A stretch of 56,024 bases of DNA, taken from positions 1-56,024 of the forward strand of contig MGWP01000012.1 in assembly GCA_001801055.1 (NCBI GenBank), written 5' to 3'. Positions 11,579-23,161 of this stretch are shown here, one piece after another. A model generated the notes under the pieces. The model was given only the letters and a program-made list of their open reading frames with translations. It did no database searches and had not been told where the DNA came from. Position 1 is the first letter of the stretch; each line of letters opens with the position of its first letter. The translations under genes were made by a program, and so were the position numbers. Source of the stretch: Gallionellales bacterium GWA2_55_18 (GTDB lineage Bacteria; Pseudomonadota; Gammaproteobacteria; Burkholderiales; Gallionellaceae).

Positions 11579-12748
11579 ATGACATATAGGGCACTGACTT
11601 CTTTGCTTCTGTGCGGACTGCTGGCAGGCGTGGCGCAAGCCGCGCCGGATTCGCACAATACTGAGGCGCAGTTGGCAAAAAGCCTGCAAGCCATCAAAAA
11701 CAACCGCCTCGATATTGCGCTTAATGAGGTGGACAACCTGTTGCGGTTCAATCCAAATTTCAAGCTGGCTTATCTGGTCAAAGGCGATTTGCTGATGGCG
11801 CGCGCCGGTGCGATTAATAATTTTGGCAACGCGCCAAATGCCCCGCGCGAGATGATCGAAGGTTTGCGCGATGAGGCTCGGGTGCGCCTGCAACGCGCAC
11901 AGACGCGCCTCTCCATCAAACTCCCGCCGCGCTATCTGTGGAAGCTTGATGCGCGACAAAAATATGCCATCGTGGTGGATACCAGCCGCTCCACGCTGTA
12001 CGTCTACGAGAATGTCAACGGCGAACCGCGTTATGTGGCGGACTACTACATCACTATCGGCAAATTCGGCACGGAAAAGGTTTCCGAGGGCGATCAACGC
12101 ACGCCTATCGGCGTATATTTTGTAAAAACAGAATTACCCAAAGACAAACTTTCTGATTTTTATGGCAATGGTGCTTACCCGCTCAGCTACCCCAACGAAT
12201 GGGATCGGAAAAACAAACGTACCGGAAGCGGTATCTGGCTGCACGGAACACCCAGCGACACTTACAGCCGCCCGCCGCGTGCCAGTAACGGCTGCGTAGT
12301 GCTGGCCAACGATGACCTTGACAAGCTTGCCCCTTACCTGCAAGTTGGCATTACCCCGGTCATCATTACCAACCAGATAGACTGGGCCAACGAACAAGAC
12401 CAGGTCGAGCGCGATGCGTTGCTGCAGGAATTCGAGCAATGGCGCAAGGATTGGTCCAGCCTGGATACGGACACCTACCTCAAGCACTACTCGCACAATT
12501 TTTCCAGCGAAGACATGAATTACCCGGCATGGGCAAAGCAGAAGCAACTGGTGAACAGCGCAAAGTCGTGGATCAAGGTCAATGTTTCAAATGTGAGCAT
12601 ATTCACTTACCCGGAGCAACCCAATATGGCGGTGGTCAACTTCGAGCAGGACTACAACAGCAACAACCTGTCCAATCGCATGAAGAAACGCCAGTACTGG
12701 ATCAAGCAGAACAGCCGCTGGCAGATCGTTTACGAAGGCGCCGCATGA
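11579..12748 (+). CDS. L,D-transpeptidase (YkuD) family protein with C-terminal NTF2-like domain
   Basis: [22 protein letters not shown]...SNGCV catalytic motif. Confidence 0.9.
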   Translation: MTYRALTSLLLCGLLAGVAQAAPDSHNTEAQLAKSLQAIKNNRLDIALNEVDNLLRFNPNFKLAYLVKGDLLMARAGAINNFGNAPNAPREMIEGLRDEARVRLQRAQTRLSIKLPPRYLWKLDARQKYAIVVDTSRSTLYVYENVNGEPRYVADYYITIGKFGTEKVSEGDQRTPIGVYFVKTELPKDKLSDFYGNGAYPLSYPNEWDRKNKRTGSGIWLHGTPSDTYSRPPRASNGCVVLANDDLDKLAPYLQVGITPVIITNQIDWANEQDQVERDALLQEFEQWRKDWSSLDTDTYLKHYSHNFSSEDMNYPAWAKQKQLVNSAKSWIKVNVSNVSIFTYPEQPNMAVVNFEQDYNSNNLSNRMKKRQYWIKQNSRWQIVYEGAA

Positions 12749-12749
12749 C

Positions 12750-13325
12750 ATGAAACGCCTGTTTACCGCCCTGCTTGCAGTACTGCTGTGTTGCGCGATG
12801 CAAACTTCCCATTCTCTAACTCAAGGCAAAAAAATCATGGTCAAACTGCACACCAATCACGGCATTATCACGTTAAAGCTGGATGCCGAAAAAGCTCCCA
12901 ATACCGTGAAGAATTTTCTGGAATATGTAAACAGCGGTTTTTACGACAACACCATTTTTCACCGTGTGATTGCAGATTTCATGATTCAGGGCGGCGGCTT
13001 CGAGTCCGGCATGAAACAAAAGAAAGTCAATGCGCCGATTCAAAATGAGGCGGCGAACGGTTTGACCAACGACACTTACAACGTTGCCATGGCGCGCACC
13101 TCAGACCCGCATTCCGCCACCGCACAATTTTTCATCAATACGAAAAGCAACCGTTTTTTGGATTATCCGGGACAGGACGGCTGGGGCTACTGCGTGTTCG
13201 GCAAGGTAGTGGAAGGCGCCGAAGTGGTGGATGCAATCCGCAAGGTCAGCACCGGCTTTCGCGCCGGGCATCATGATGTACCTGAAGAAGACGTCATCAT
13301 TACCAAAGCGGAAGTGGTGAAGTAA
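12750..13325 (+). CDS. ppiB: Cyclophilin-type peptidyl-prolyl isomerase (start may be 12837)
   Basis: [41 protein letters not shown]; adjacent to lpxH. Confidence 0.92.
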   Translation: MKRLFTALLAVLLCCAMQTSHSLTQGKKIMVKLHTNHGIITLKLDAEKAPNTVKNFLEYVNSGFYDNTIFHRVIADFMIQGGGFESGMKQKKVNAPIQNEAANGLTNDTYNVAMARTSDPHSATAQFFINTKSNRFLDYPGQDGWGYCVFGKVVEGAEVVDAIRKVSTGFRAGHHDVPEEDVIITKAEVVK

Positions 13326-13330
13326 TCATA

Positions 13331-13361
13331 AAAACGGCGCGCCTCGCGCCGTTTTGTTTTT
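13331..13361 (+). terminator. Rho-independent terminator-like hairpin
   Basis: AAAACGGCGCG-CCT-CGCGCCGTTTT followed by a T-rich tail. Confidence 0.6.
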
Positions 13362-13362
13362 C

Positions 13363-14106
13363 ATGCCCCACACCCTGTTCATCTCCGACCTGCATCTCAG
13401 TGCCGAGCAGCCGCACGGCATGGCAGCGTTCCGGCGTTTCATCGCCACGCTCGCGCCGCAAGAACCCGGTCAAAGAGCAGAAGCGCTTTATATTCTCGGC
13501 GACCTGTTCGATTACTGGGCAGGCGACGACGATCTGGAGGATGCCTTTCACGCCCAAGTAATCGCATCCTTGCGCACCCTCGCAACGCACGGCACCAAGG
13601 TCTATCTGCTGCACGGCAACCGCGACCTGTTGATGGGCGAAGCGCTGGCGAATGCCTGCCAGGCCACACTGCTGAACGACCCCGCGCTGGTCGATTTATA
13701 CGGCACACCGACGCTGCTCAGCCACGGCGACATGCTGTGCACCGGCGACACCGAATACCAGCGCTATCGCGCCGAGGTGCATGATGCGGATTTCCAGCAG
13801 CAGTTTCTCGCCAAACCGTTGGCAGAACGCAAAACCTACATCGCGCAACTGCGTTCGCGCAGCATGGCCGAGAAACAAAGCAAGGACAGCGCGATCATGG
13901 ACGTGAACGATGACGCGGTCGCCGCGCTGCTGCGCGAACATGGCTATCCGCGCCTGATCCACGGCCACACCCACCGCCCGGATCATCATGAGCATATGGT
14001 GGACGGGCACAGTTGCGAACGCTGGGTATTGGGTGACTGGAACGACAAGGCAAATGCGCTACGCTGCGACAGCAGCGGCATAAGGTGGGAAATCGTCCCG
14101 AACTAA
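13363..14106 (+). CDS. lpxH: UDP-2,3-diacylglucosamine diphosphatase
   Basis: FISDLHL, LGDLFDYWAGDD, HGNRD, HGD, IHGHTHRP, VLGDW. Confidence 0.95.
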   Translation: MPHTLFISDLHLSAEQPHGMAAFRRFIATLAPQEPGQRAEALYILGDLFDYWAGDDDLEDAFHAQVIASLRTLATHGTKVYLLHGNRDLLMGEALANACQATLLNDPALVDLYGTPTLLSHGDMLCTGDTEYQRYRAEVHDADFQQQFLAKPLAERKTYIAQLRSRSMAEKQSKDSAIMDVNDDAVAALLREHGYPRLIHGHTHRPDHHEHMVDGHSCERWVLGDWNDKANALRCDSSGIRWEIVPN

Positions 14107-14291
14107 CTTCGGAATGTGTCTCGGTGAATGTCTGCTAACAGGGCAGCATTTCGTATTTTCCAAAAACAGACGCCGTTAGGTTGGTGTATACAAAAGCGGG
14201 GCAAGCCCTTTGCTGCTATGTAAAATCAACTCCTGAGCCTGATGGTTGCTGCCCGCCTCGCGACCATGTTCAGCGCCTCATGACCGATTGG

Positions 14292-16454
14292 TCAGGCATC
14301 GTCGTTACGCTGAACCGTAGCAACATGCTCCCCATTTGTTTCAGCAATGGATAACCACTTGGCCAGCACCTTCCTGAGTTGCATCAGGTCGGCGGGTTTG
14401 ACCAGCAGCTCATCCATGCCAGCGGCATGACAGAGCACCACCTCTTCAGCAAGTGCATTCGCTGTCCATGCGATAACCGGGATGCGTCGGCGCGACTCCG
14501 CAGCTTCGATCTTGCGTATCTCCCGGGCGAACTCATAGCCGTCCATCTCGGGCATATGGCAGTCGGTGATAACCATCGCGAAGCGGCCATCACGCCACAT
14601 CGACAGGGCGACTTGCCCGTTTTCCGCCGTTTCGGCACGCAGGCCGAGCAGCCGGATCTGATGTGCCAGCAGCTTCTGGTTGATCGGATTATCGTCTACA
14701 GCCAGCACCAGCGGGGCATCCTCGCTGTTAGCGAGCAGCGGTCTGATATCCCTTTGCCTGACTTCAAGGTGTGTATTCCGCACGCCCTCTACCGGTGCGT
14801 CTGAAATGGGCAGGGTCAGCGTGATGCTGAAGATGGATCCCTGCCCCACCTCACTTTCCAGCTCGATCTGCCCATCCATCATCTCCGCCAAACAACGACA
14901 TATCGCTAGCCCCAAGCCGGTTCCGCCATACATGCGCGCGGTGTCTGCGCTTTCCTGGTGGTAGCGCTGAAACAATTTTCCCTGAACCTTCTGAGGAATG
15001 CCCTTGCCCGTGTCTTTGACAGAGAATCGTATCTGATCGCTACTTTCCAGATGATTCATCAATTCGGCGCGCACTTCGATCTCGCCATGTTGCGTGAATT
15101 TGATGGCATTGCTGACGAAATTGTTGAGCACCTGCGAAAGGCGCAGAGAATCGACGGTATAGGCCGAATGTAGCCGGGCATCGGCATGCTGCCAGAGCAG
15201 CAAAGTCTTGGCGCTGGCAACACGCGAGTAGGTATTGACGACATCTTGCAGCATCTGCGTGATCGAAACGGGGTGAGGGGACAACTCAAGTTTCCCCTCT
15301 TCGATTTTCGACCAGTCGAGGATATCGCTGACGATACGCAACAGCCCTCTGCCGGAATCCCAGGCCGCATCCAATGTATCCCGTTGCTCGTTATCAAGAT
15401 CGGTCAACGAAAGCAGCTCCAGCATCCCGAGCATACCGGTAAGCGGGGTGCGAATCTCATGGCTCATGGTGGCAAGGAACGAGTCTTTTGCACTATTGGC
15501 GTTTTCGGCGGCTATTTTCAGTTCGTTGAGCGCCTGTTCTTTTGCTTTCGCTTCGCTGACATCGTTGATCACCCATATTTCGCTGCCCGGCTGGCTGTTC
15601 GTATCGAGCGATTTGGCTATCAGATGGCTCCAGAATTCCTCTCCGTCCTGGCGCAACATCCGCGACTCGACGCTGAACACCCCGTCCTCGGCCAAGCGCT
15701 CCTTGGCTATATCGATCAACGACAGGCTGGTATCCGCAGTACTCAGCAGAGTTTGCAGCGGCGTGGTAATCATGGCATCCGGCGATGCGCACCTGAATAT
15801 TTCAGATGACTTGGGGTTGGCGCGAACGATGCGGCCATCCACCGAAAACACGATTCCAACCTGTACGTTATCGAGTATGGACTGTAGTTCCGAGGTGCGC
15901 TGTTGCACCCGTTGCTCGAGCTCCTCATAGACGCGGACATTCTCCATGGCCACGGCCGTGGTATCCGCGAGCGCCTGCAACACCTTGACCTGCTCCGGAG
16001 TCGGAAGATGTTGCGTGGCCCAGTAATTGCCAATCGCACCGACCGGGTCGATGGTGCGGATCGGTACCATGGCGAGACTGCGCACAAAAGTTGGACGGTA
16101 GGCATCGGCCGGAATGCGTGGGTCGGCATAAATATCCTCGATCACCGCCGGCTGCCGGTTGATCATTGCCCAGCCGCTGATGCAGGCGCTCATCGGAAAA
16201 CGCTGTCCCTTCCAGAGCGGGCTGATGGCATCTTCCTCGGCATAGAAACACTTGCCGTTATCGCGCAGCACGAACGTTGCTCCATCGGCACCGGTCAATT
16301 TACGTGCCGCATGCCGGACAATATCCATTACCGTCGGCAGATCGCGGGCAAGGGAAAGTAACTGCACGACCTCCACCAATTGTTCCATGGCTTGCGCATA
16401 CCACAGGCACGGCGTAGGCACTTCCTGACTACCTAAATCGTGGTGTTCATTCAT
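14292..16454 (-). CDS. GAF-PAS hybrid sensor histidine kinase with receiver domain
   Basis: FLATMSHEIRTPL, NFVSNAIKFT, GGTGLGLAI, VDDNPINQ, TDCHMPEMDG. Confidence 0.93.
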   Translation of the reverse strand: MNEHHDLGSQEVPTPCLWYAQAMEQLVEVVQLLSLARDLPTVMDIVRHAARKLTGADGATFVLRDNGKCFYAEEDAISPLWKGQRFPMSACISGWAMINRQPAVIEDIYADPRIPADAYRPTFVRSLAMVPIRTIDPVGAIGNYWATQHLPTPEQVKVLQALADTTAVAMENVRVYEELEQRVQQRTSELQSILDNVQVGIVFSVDGRIVRANPKSSEIFRCASPDAMITTPLQTLLSTADTSLSLIDIAKERLAEDGVFSVESRMLRQDGEEFWSHLIAKSLDTNSQPGSEIWVINDVSEAKAKEQALNELKIAAENANSAKDSFLATMSHEIRTPLTGMLGMLELLSLTDLDNEQRDTLDAAWDSGRGLLRIVSDILDWSKIEEGKLELSPHPVSITQMLQDVVNTYSRVASAKTLLLWQHADARLHSAYTVDSLRLSQVLNNFVSNAIKFTQHGEIEVRAELMNHLESSDQIRFSVKDTGKGIPQKVQGKLFQRYHQESADTARMYGGTGLGLAICRCLAEMMDGQIELESEVGQGSIFSITLTLPISDAPVEGVRNTHLEVRQRDIRPLLANSEDAPLVLAVDDNPINQKLLAHQIRLLGLRAETAENGQVALSMWRDGRFAMVITDCHMPEMDGYEFAREIRKIEAAESRRRIPVIAWTANALAEEVVLCHAAGMDELLVKPADLMQLRKVLAKWLSIAETNGEHVATVQRNDDA

Positions 16455-16753
16455 GGCTGCAGCTCCCGAGAACCGACCACCTCCGCCTGCTTGCAACGGA
16501 GTAATGAGTTTTGATTTATGACTCTATCAACCACTATCAGTCCTTGCAATATGCCGAAATATCTAGATAATTCGGCGTAAGTGTTTATCTGACAAACTAT
16601 ATGAATTTGCTGAGAGTGCATAAGGAGGGCATGCTGGAATGTGCATTGCCAAGGTGCCGCAGGAGCACAATCCGGAAATATTCGAATACCAGTGCCTAAT
16701 GACCACTATTGGCTGCGGATCCAACAGGTCAACATACTAAAATCAGCGCTCGC

Positions 16754-17422
16754 TCACTTCCTGCTGCCGCATAAATTGTCGCACGGTACTCCGTCACCAT
16801 TGCCGTCCAGCGTCTTGATGCCGCACTGTGTCAGGTAATGTCTCGCTTCTTCACAAGAGGTCATTTCCGAACAACGCTTCTTGCTGCCACAGCCGGGCAA
16901 ATTTGCGTTACCCGTTATGGCTGCTGATGCAACAGGAGGCTTGCCGTCCACATTGGGATGCAATTTACGCCACTCCCACGGAGGCATCGGATCGCTCAAC
17001 GCCCACAAACCGCGCGGAACTTGTTTGGCTTCCTCCTGCAACGCGACCAATGCCTTGTTGCCGTGAAAATGCGAATATTCCCATGCCATGCCACGGCGGA
17101 TTTGCTCGGCATTCACATCCATGCCGTTCAGGTCGAGATGCGCGACCATGCGCCCGTATTGATCCATGGCTTGACTGGATATTTTTACCTGTTTGCCCAG
17201 CACCATCTCGGACAGCGAACGCTTGGACGTTTCGCCGAAGGTTTGCGCTTTTTCCGGCGCGTCGATTTCATTCAGCCGAATTTTTACCAGTCCGCTCTTG
17301 CGCTGCACCATCACCGTGTCGCCATCCAGCACCGCGATCACCTTGGCGGTAAATTCTGCCCCATGAGTTGCGCTGCTTGTACCGAGCAACGCCAGATAAA
17401 TCAGGGAGCGCAGGATATTCAT
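16754..17422 (-). CDS. Thermonuclease (SNase) family protein with a C-terminal excalibur Ca-binding domain
   Basis: VLDGDT, IRLNEIDAPE, DQYGR; C-terminal CSEMTSCEEA...LDGNGDGVPC. Confidence 0.9.
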   Translation of the reverse strand: MNILRSLIYLALLGTSSATHGAEFTAKVIAVLDGDTVMVQRKSGLVKIRLNEIDAPEKAQTFGETSKRSLSEMVLGKQVKISSQAMDQYGRMVAHLDLNGMDVNAEQIRRGMAWEYSHFHGNKALVALQEEAKQVPRGLWALSDPMPPWEWRKLHPNVDGKPPVASAAITGNANLPGCGSKKRCSEMTSCEEARHYLTQCGIKTLDGNGDGVPCDNLCGSRK

Positions 17423-17922
17423 GAAAGAATGCTTTTTACGATAGCCAGGCACAGCAACGCATAACCTGCGGCCAGCAGGTCGTCAAACATCACGCCCAGC
17501 CCGCCGTGCCAGTTGCTGTCGAAATAGCGGATCGGCGACGGTTTGGCAATATCGAAAAAACGGAACAGCCCGAAGGCCAGCAGCGACCAATCCAGACCCG
17601 GCGGGGTGAAGAACAATACCAGCATGAAAGCGACGATCTCGTCCCACACGATGCCGCCATAATCGGCCACGCCCAGCACTTTGCCGGTAATGCCGCACGC
17701 CCACACGCCGACGGCGAATGCGCCAGCCAGCATGAGCAGGAACATCGCATCCGTGAGGCGCGGCGCGAGATACCAGTAGATCGGGAAGGCGGCCAAGGTG
17801 CCGAACGTGCCGGGCGCCTTGCGCGCCAAACCGCTGCCGAAACCGAACGACAGCAGATGCGCCGGGTGGCTCAGCACAAACTGCAAGCTCGGTTTGACGA
17901 GCAATTCACCGGAAGTGGTCAT
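17419..17922 (-). CDS. pgpA: Phosphatidylglycerophosphatase A
   Basis: [40 protein letters not shown]; follows thiL. Confidence 0.95.
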   Translation of the reverse strand: MTTSGELLVKPSLQFVLSHPAHLLSFGFGSGLARKAPGTFGTLAAFPIYWYLAPRLTDAMFLLMLAGAFAVGVWACGITGKVLGVADYGGIVWDEIVAFMLVLFFTPPGLDWSLLAFGLFRFFDIAKPSPIRYFDSNWHGGLGVMFDDLLAAGYALLCLAIVKSILS

Positions 17923-19141
17923 AACCGCAAGCCTCGATGTTGAGTGGATTACCCGACGCATCGTGCACGATACAGCCGCGCCCCGCAACAACTTTCCCGA
18001 TACAGGCCAGCGGCAGATCAAGCCTTGCTGCGATATTCAACAGTTCAGCATGGCGCGCAGCCGGTGCGGTGAAGCACAATTCGTAATCGTCGCCACCGCA
18101 CAGGATGCATTGTTTAAGCAACTCAACCCCTCCCGGCCTCCCCTTGTCATAACCAGCGACTTGGTCATCGTCTTTTGATGGCCTAGTCGAATGGCTAGTT
18201 GTTTTATCAGGGGAGGAGTTAGGCTTCCCCCCTGACAAGGGGGGATTGAGGGGGGTTAGGCGCTCACGCAACACAGCCGAAACCGGCAACGCATCGAACT
18301 CAATCTCCGCCCCCACCTGCGAGGCTTCGAGAATATGTCCAAGATCGGCGAGCAGGCCGTCGGAAATATCAATCGCGCTGTTGGCGATGCCGCGCAATAC
18401 CAGCCCCAGCGCCACGCGCGGCTGCGGTTGATGCAATGCGGCAGTGCAAGCGGCGAACTCTGTTGCGTTCAGCAGGATACGGCCTTGCAGATGCGCGAGC
18501 GCCAGCGCCGCATCGCCCAGACAACCAGACACCCAGATTTCATCGCCAACTTGCGCGCCGCTACGGCGCAACGCCTGTTGCGCGGGTACTTCGCCGAAGA
18601 TGGTCACGCATAGATTAAGCGGCCCGCGCGTGGTGTCGCCACCGACCAATTCCACGCCATGCTGCTGTGCCAAGGCAAAAAATCCCGCACTGAATTGCGC
18701 CAGCCATGCCTCATCCACAGTAAACATAAGTTCGCGTAGCGATTCGTTTGTCCCCTCTCCCGCCGGGGTAACCAGCGACTTGGCTGCGGTCGTTTGCAGC
18801 CTAGTCGAATGGCTAGTTGTTTCATCCAGAGGGTTAGGGTGGGGGCATTCATGGCTTGTTTCTTTGCCTTGAACGAAGGGCAACGCGATGGCCAGCGTTG
18901 CCCAGCGCGGCGCGGCGCCCATTGCCGCCATATCGGACAGGTTTACCGCGAGGGTCTTGTGCCCCAGCATGAACGGGTCGGCATTGGGAAGAAAATGCGT
19001 GCCGCATACCAGCATGTCGCTGGACACCGCCAGCACATTGCCCGCACTCGCTTGCAGCAGCGCGGCATCGTCGCCCACGCCAAGCAGTGCACCGGGAGTG
19101 GCGCGGGTGAAATAGCGACGGATCAGGTCAAATTCGGACAT
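17906..19141 (-). CDS. thiL: Thiamine-monophosphate kinase carrying two in-frame composite repeat inserts
   Basis: [52 protein letters not shown]; 411 aa versus roughly 320 for typical ThiL. Confidence 0.95.
   Translation of the reverse strand: MSEFDLIRRYFTRATPGALLGVGDDAALLQASAGNVLAVSSDMLVCGTHFLPNADPFMLGHKTLAVNLSDMAAMGAAPRWATLAIALPFVQGKETSHECPHPNPLDETTSHSTRLQTTAAKSLVTPAGEGTNESLRELMFTVDEAWLAQFSAGFFALAQQHGVELVGGDTTRGPLNLCVTIFGEVPAQQALRRSGAQVGDEIWVSGCLGDAALALAHLQGRILLNATEFAACTAALHQPQPRVALGLVLRGIANSAIDISDGLLADLGHILEASQVGAEIEFDALPVSAVLRERLTPLNPPLSGGKPNSSPDKTTSHSTRPSKDDDQVAGYDKGRPGGVELLKQCILCGGDDYELCFTAPAARHAELLNIAARLDLPLACIGKVVAGRGCIVHDASGNPLNIEACGYDHFR
18125..18257. repeat. Palindromic doublet with a nested 60-bp element (18149-18208)
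   Basis: CCCTCCCGGCCTCCCCTTGTC[60 bp]AGGGGAGG...CCCCCCTGACAAGGGGGGATTGAGGGGGGTT. Confidence 0.85.
18730..18846. repeat. CCCCTCTCCC/GAGGG-type repeat with a nested ~60-bp element (18768-18827)
   Basis: CCCCTCTCCCGCCGGG[TAACCAGCGACTTGG...CTAGTCGAATGGCTAGTTGTT]AGAGGGTTAGGGTGGGGG. Confidence 0.82.
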
Positions 19142-19146
19142 GGTTT

Positions 19147-19226
19147 GTAGGATGGGTTGAGCGCAGCGATACCCATCGTTTTACGTTAACAAATTGATGG
19201 GTATCGCTGCGCTCAACCCATCCTAC
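19147..19226. repeat. GTAG-type REP doublet
   Basis: GTAGGATGGGTTGAGCGCAGCGATACCCATC and its perfect inverted copy, between nusB and thiL. Confidence 0.9.
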
Positions 19227-19265
19227 GGCTTTAATCTGTTAAATCTGCGGATAAAGTTTTGAAAG

Positions 19266-19748
19266 TTACTTCGCCGCCACTTCCGCCGCGCGTACCTGCA
19301 TCGCCAGCTTGTCGAGCACGCCGTTGACGTATTTGTGGCCGTCGGTGCCGCCAAAAGTTTTGGCCAGTTCGACCGCCTCGTTGATGACGACTTTGTAGGG
19401 CACCTCGGGGTGCTGCGACAATTCAAATGCCCCCAGCATCAATACAGCAAACTCCACCGGGCTGAGTTCTGCAAGCGTTCTGTCGAGATGCGTAGCGAGC
19501 AGTGTTTCAAGTTCGGCATGACTACCCAACGTGCCGCGCAGCAATTTGGAGAATAATTCCTTGTCGTAGCGACCGAGATTCTTTTCGGCATGAATCTGTT
19601 TTTCTATTTGCGCAGCGTCGCCCGCCGTGACACGCCATTGATAGACTCCCTGCAGCGCAAGTTCGCGCGCGCGATGGCGCGGGCTTTTATTCGACGTTTT
19701 TTTTATTTCCTGATCGGCGGCCAGGTTGCTCAAGCCAGGATTGCTCAT
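19266..19748 (-). CDS. nusB: Transcription antitermination factor NusB
   Basis: [37 protein letters not shown]. Confidence 0.97.
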   Translation of the reverse strand: MSNPGLSNLAADQEIKKTSNKSPRHRARELALQGVYQWRVTAGDAAQIEKQIHAEKNLGRYDKELFSKLLRGTLGSHAELETLLATHLDRTLAELSPVEFAVLMLGAFELSQHPEVPYKVVINEAVELAKTFGGTDGHKYVNGVLDKLAMQVRAAEVAAK

Positions 19749-20197
19749 CCCAGGTCACGCAGCAGGTTGGCCATCTCGATCGCCACCAGCGCGGCCTCTC
19801 CACCCTTTACATGCATGCGCGCGATGGCCTGCTCATCGGTATCGGTGGTGAGAATCGCGTTGGCCACCGGCACACCGCATGACAATTGGACTTCATTCAC
19901 GCAGCGCGCCGACTCGTTCGATACCACTTCGAAATGATAGGTATCGCCGCGTATCACCGCACCCAGCGCGATCAGCGCGTCAAATTTCTCGCTTTCCGCC
20001 ATATACAGCAGCACCAGCGGGATTTCCAGCGCGCCCGGCACCGTGGCCAGTGTGATGTCATCTTCAGCCACGCCCTGCTGTATCAGCCTTGCGCGGCATT
20101 CGCCGAGCAAGCCTTCGCATACCTCAGGATTAAAACGGCTTTGCACGATACCGATACGCAGCCCGGAACCGTTCAGGTTTTTTTCGATTTCTTTCAT
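19745..20197 (-). CDS. ribH: Lumazine synthase
   Basis: [27 protein letters not shown]. Confidence 0.97.
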   Translation of the reverse strand: MKEIEKNLNGSGLRIGIVQSRFNPEVCEGLLGECRARLIQQGVAEDDITLATVPGALEIPLVLLYMAESEKFDALIALGAVIRGDTYHFEVVSNESARCVNEVQLSCGVPVANAILTTDTDEQAIARMHVKGGEAALVAIEMANLLRDLG

Positions 20198-21297
20198 TTA
20201 TTTTCCTTGGCCTGACAATAACCCACCACTTCAAGACCGAAGCCGGTCATGCTCGGCAGTTTGCGCGGTGTGCCCAGCAGGCACATCTTGCCCACGCCGA
20301 GGTCGCGCAGTATTTGCGCGCCGATACCGTAACTGCGCGGATCCCAGCGCAACACCGGGTGCGCCTCCTGCGTTGCTGCGGCGCGCGTCAGCAAATCCTG
20401 CGAAGTTTCGCCGTGGTGCATCAACACCAGCACGCCGCACGGCGACTGGCTGATTTTATTCAGCGCGTCGTGCACGCTGGTGGAATGCGAATAGTCGACC
20501 TGTTCCAGGAAATCCATCACCGACAGCGGTTCATGCACACGTACCAGGGTTTCAACATCGGCGCGAATCTTGCCCTTGCACAGCGCCAGATGGGCGCGTT
20601 GCGTGGTCTTGTCCACATAGGTAAACAAATCCATCTCGCCGTAAGCCGTCTGCACGCTACGGTGCGCCACGCGCTCGACCAGCTTTTCGTTATGGCTGCG
20701 GTACTCGATCAGGCTGGCGATAGTGCCGATTTTCAGGCCGTGCAATTTGGCGAACTCGATCAGGTCGGGCAGGCGCGCCATCTCGCCGTCGTCCTTGAGG
20801 ATTTCGCAGATCACCGCAGCAGGCGTCAAATCGGCCAGTTGCGCCAGGTCGCAACCCGCTTCGGTGTGCCCGGCGCGCACCAGCACGCCGCCGTTCTGCG
20901 CGCGCAACGGGAAGATATGGCCGGGTTGCACGATGTCGGCAGGCTTGGCGTTCTTGTCAGCCGCCGCCCGAATAGTGCGCGCGCGGTCGGCGGCGGAAAT
21001 GCCGGTGGTCACGCCCGTTGCAGCTTCTATCGAAACCGTGAAATTAGTGCCCAGTGGCGAGCCGTTGTCGCGCACCATCAGCGGCAGGCTAAGCTGCTTG
21101 CAATGCGCCTCGGTCAACGTCAGGCAGATCAGCCCGCGCCCGTGCTTGGCCATGAAATTAATTTTTTCCGGCGTGACAAACTCGGCGGCGAACACCAGGT
21201 CGCCTTCGTTCTCGCGCTCTTCTTCATCCACCAGCACCACCATCCGCCCGGCGCGGATTTCGGCAATGATGTCGTGTATCGGTGCTATATCGGTCAT
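20194..21297 (-). CDS. ribB: DHBP synthase fused to a degenerate GTP cyclohydrolase II-like domain (RibBX type)
   Basis: [25 protein letters not shown]; the C-domain has VRVHEPLS in place of the Cys zinc motif. Confidence 0.92.
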   Translation of the reverse strand: MTDIAPIHDIIAEIRAGRMVVLVDEEERENEGDLVFAAEFVTPEKINFMAKHGRGLICLTLTEAHCKQLSLPLMVRDNGSPLGTNFTVSIEAATGVTTGISAADRARTIRAAADKNAKPADIVQPGHIFPLRAQNGGVLVRAGHTEAGCDLAQLADLTPAAVICEILKDDGEMARLPDLIEFAKLHGLKIGTIASLIEYRSHNEKLVERVAHRSVQTAYGEMDLFTYVDKTTQRAHLALCKGKIRADVETLVRVHEPLSVMDFLEQVDYSHSTSVHDALNKISQSPCGVLVLMHHGETSQDLLTRAAATQEAHPVLRWDPRSYGIGAQILRDLGVGKMCLLGTPRKLPSMTGFGLEVVGYCQAKENK

Positions 21298-21899
21298 TTC
21301 AATCCATTCCTCTCAGCCTGCATCATGCGCTCGACATAGCGCGCAATCAAATCAATTTCAAGGTTCACTTGCGCCCCCGCGCGTAATTCGGAGAGCGTAG
21401 TTACCGCCAGCGTATGCGGAATCAGGTTGACGCTGAACACCGCGCCATCCACTTCATTTACGGTGAGGCTCACGCCGTTGATGGTGATGGAGCCTTTTAC
21501 CGCGATATATTTTGCCAGCGCCTGCGGCGCGCGCACCACGAGTTTCCAGCTCTCGCCGATATCGGTGAATGCAACCACATCGCCCACGCCATCCACATGG
21601 CCGCTGACCAGATGCCCGCCCAACTGGTCTGCCAAGCGTAGCGCCTTTTCCAGGTTGACGCGCGCGTTCTGCGCTTCCAACCCGACAGTGCAATTCAAGG
21701 TCTCGCGCGAAACATCCACTGTAAATATATCGCCTTTCTTCTCCACAACGGTGAGGCACACGCCGTTCACCGCGATGCTGTCGCCGAGCTGCACGTCGTC
21801 CATGCCGAGCGCCCTGGTTGAAACCGAGAGACACAGGCCGCCGCTGCGGTCTTCCGCGTTTGTGATGGTGCCTATATCTGCGATGATTCCGCTGAACAT
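21294..21899 (-). CDS. ribE: Riboflavin synthase alpha chain
   Basis: [44 protein letters not shown]. Confidence 0.96.
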   Translation of the reverse strand: MFSGIIADIGTITNAEDRSGGLCLSVSTRALGMDDVQLGDSIAVNGVCLTVVEKKGDIFTVDVSRETLNCTVGLEAQNARVNLEKALRLADQLGGHLVSGHVDGVGDVVAFTDIGESWKLVVRAPQALAKYIAVKGSITINGVSLTVNEVDGAVFSVNLIPHTLAVTTLSELRAGAQVNLEIDLIARYVERMMQAERNGLK

Positions 21900-21901
21900 A
21901 T

Positions 21902-23044
21902 TTATCCTTTTTTTACCCGCGCCACGATGCGCAAATCCTTGCCGACGTGACGCACATCTTTCCATTCCAGTTCGATGCGCTGTTCCAAACTGGCTAGCTC
22001 ACCCAATTGCGCCATGCCGCGCGCCATGTCGCCGAGCAACTGCGGCGCAAGATACAGCACCAGCTCATCCACCAGCCCGGCCTTCAACAAGGCCCCATTC
22101 AATTTGCTGCCCGCTTCCACCAGCACTTCGTTGCAGCCCTGTGCGGCGAGGTCGTGCAGCACTGCTGCTGTATCCACCTGGCCGCTCGCATCCGGCAGCA
22201 CCACGACTCGCGCTCCTGCTTGCTCCAATGCGGCAATTTTCTGCGCATCTTGCATGGCGGTGTAAATCAGGACGCTACCGCCTCCTGATTCCCCCCCACC
22301 CCCAGCCCCTCCCCCGGAGGGAGAGGGGTGTTGTTGCAGCAGGCGTGCGCTCGACGGCATTTGCAAGCGGCTATCCACCACCGCGCGTAGCGGCTGGCGC
22401 GACGTCTCGATACCGCGCACATTGAGTTGCGGATCATCCGCCAGCACGGTGCCGATACCGGTCAACACAACGCAAGAGCGCGCGCGCCAATGCTGCACAT
22501 TCTGCCGCGCCGCGTCGCCGGTAATCCACTTGCTTTCGCCGTTGTTGAGCGCGGTACGCCCGTCCAGGCTCATGGCGATCTTGCTTCTTACCCACGGCAT
22601 ACCGCGTGTCATGCGCGCAAAAAAACCGATATTCAATTCGCGCGCCGCCGCTTCCATCAGGCCGCATTCCACTTCGATGCCTGCCGCACGCAATTTTTCG
22701 ATACCTTGCCCGGCTACCTGCGGATTGGGGTCTTGCACCGCCACCACCACGCGCGCCACTCCGGCCTGGACCAACGCATCCGCGCAGGGCGGGGTGCGGC
22801 CATGATGGCTGCATGGCTCCAGCGTCACATAGGCGGTTGCGCCGTGTGCCGCCTCACCGGCTGCTTGCAGCGCATGCACTTCCGCATGGGGTTCACCGGC
22901 GCATTCGTGCCAGCCTTCGCCAACGACGCTGCCCTCGCGCACCAGCATGCAGCCGACGCGCGGGTTAGGGCTGGTGGTGTACAGGCCGCGCTCCGCCAGC
23001 CGGAGCGCCTGCGCCATCCATAGGCTGTCTTGTGCGGAGAACAT
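21902..23044 (-). CDS. ribD: Bifunctional deaminase/reductase RibD with an in-frame repeat insert
   Basis: PNPRVG, HAE, TLEPCSHHGRTPPC, SLDGRTA, VEAG. Confidence 0.97.
   Translation of the reverse strand: MFSAQDSLWMAQALRLAERGLYTTSPNPRVGCMLVREGSVVGEGWHECAGEPHAEVHALQAAGEAAHGATAYVTLEPCSHHGRTPPCADALVQAGVARVVVAVQDPNPQVAGQGIEKLRAAGIEVECGLMEAAARELNIGFFARMTRGMPWVRSKIAMSLDGRTALNNGESKWITGDAARQNVQHWRARSCVVLTGIGTVLADDPQLNVRGIETSRQPLRAVVDSRLQMPSSARLLQQHPSPSGGGAGGGGESGGGSVLIYTAMQDAQKIAALEQAGARVVVLPDASGQVDTAAVLHDLAAQGCNEVLVEAGSKLNGALLKAGLVDELVLYLAPQLLGDMARGMAQLGELASLEQRIELEWKDVRHVGKDLRIVARVKKG
22290..22330. repeat. CCCC/GGGG palindromic repeat inside ribD
   Basis: CCCCCCCACCCCCAGCCCCTCCCCCGGAGGGAGAGGGGTG; encodes HPSPSGGGAGGGG. 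Confidence 0.78.
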
Positions 23045-23161
23045 AATTATGCAGCCCACTTCCCGCTATATCTCGTGGTTCTGCGTATCAAAAACTTGCA
23101 CACGGCACCTACCATCTGAATATCACCGCCTTTACGGAATTTATAATTTTTATTATGCTAA

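Noticed and set aside
18125-18846. thiL inserts as inteins or self-splicing introns
   Set aside because: They are far too short, have no Cys/Ser...His-Asn intein termini or intron core, and are made of repeat DNA
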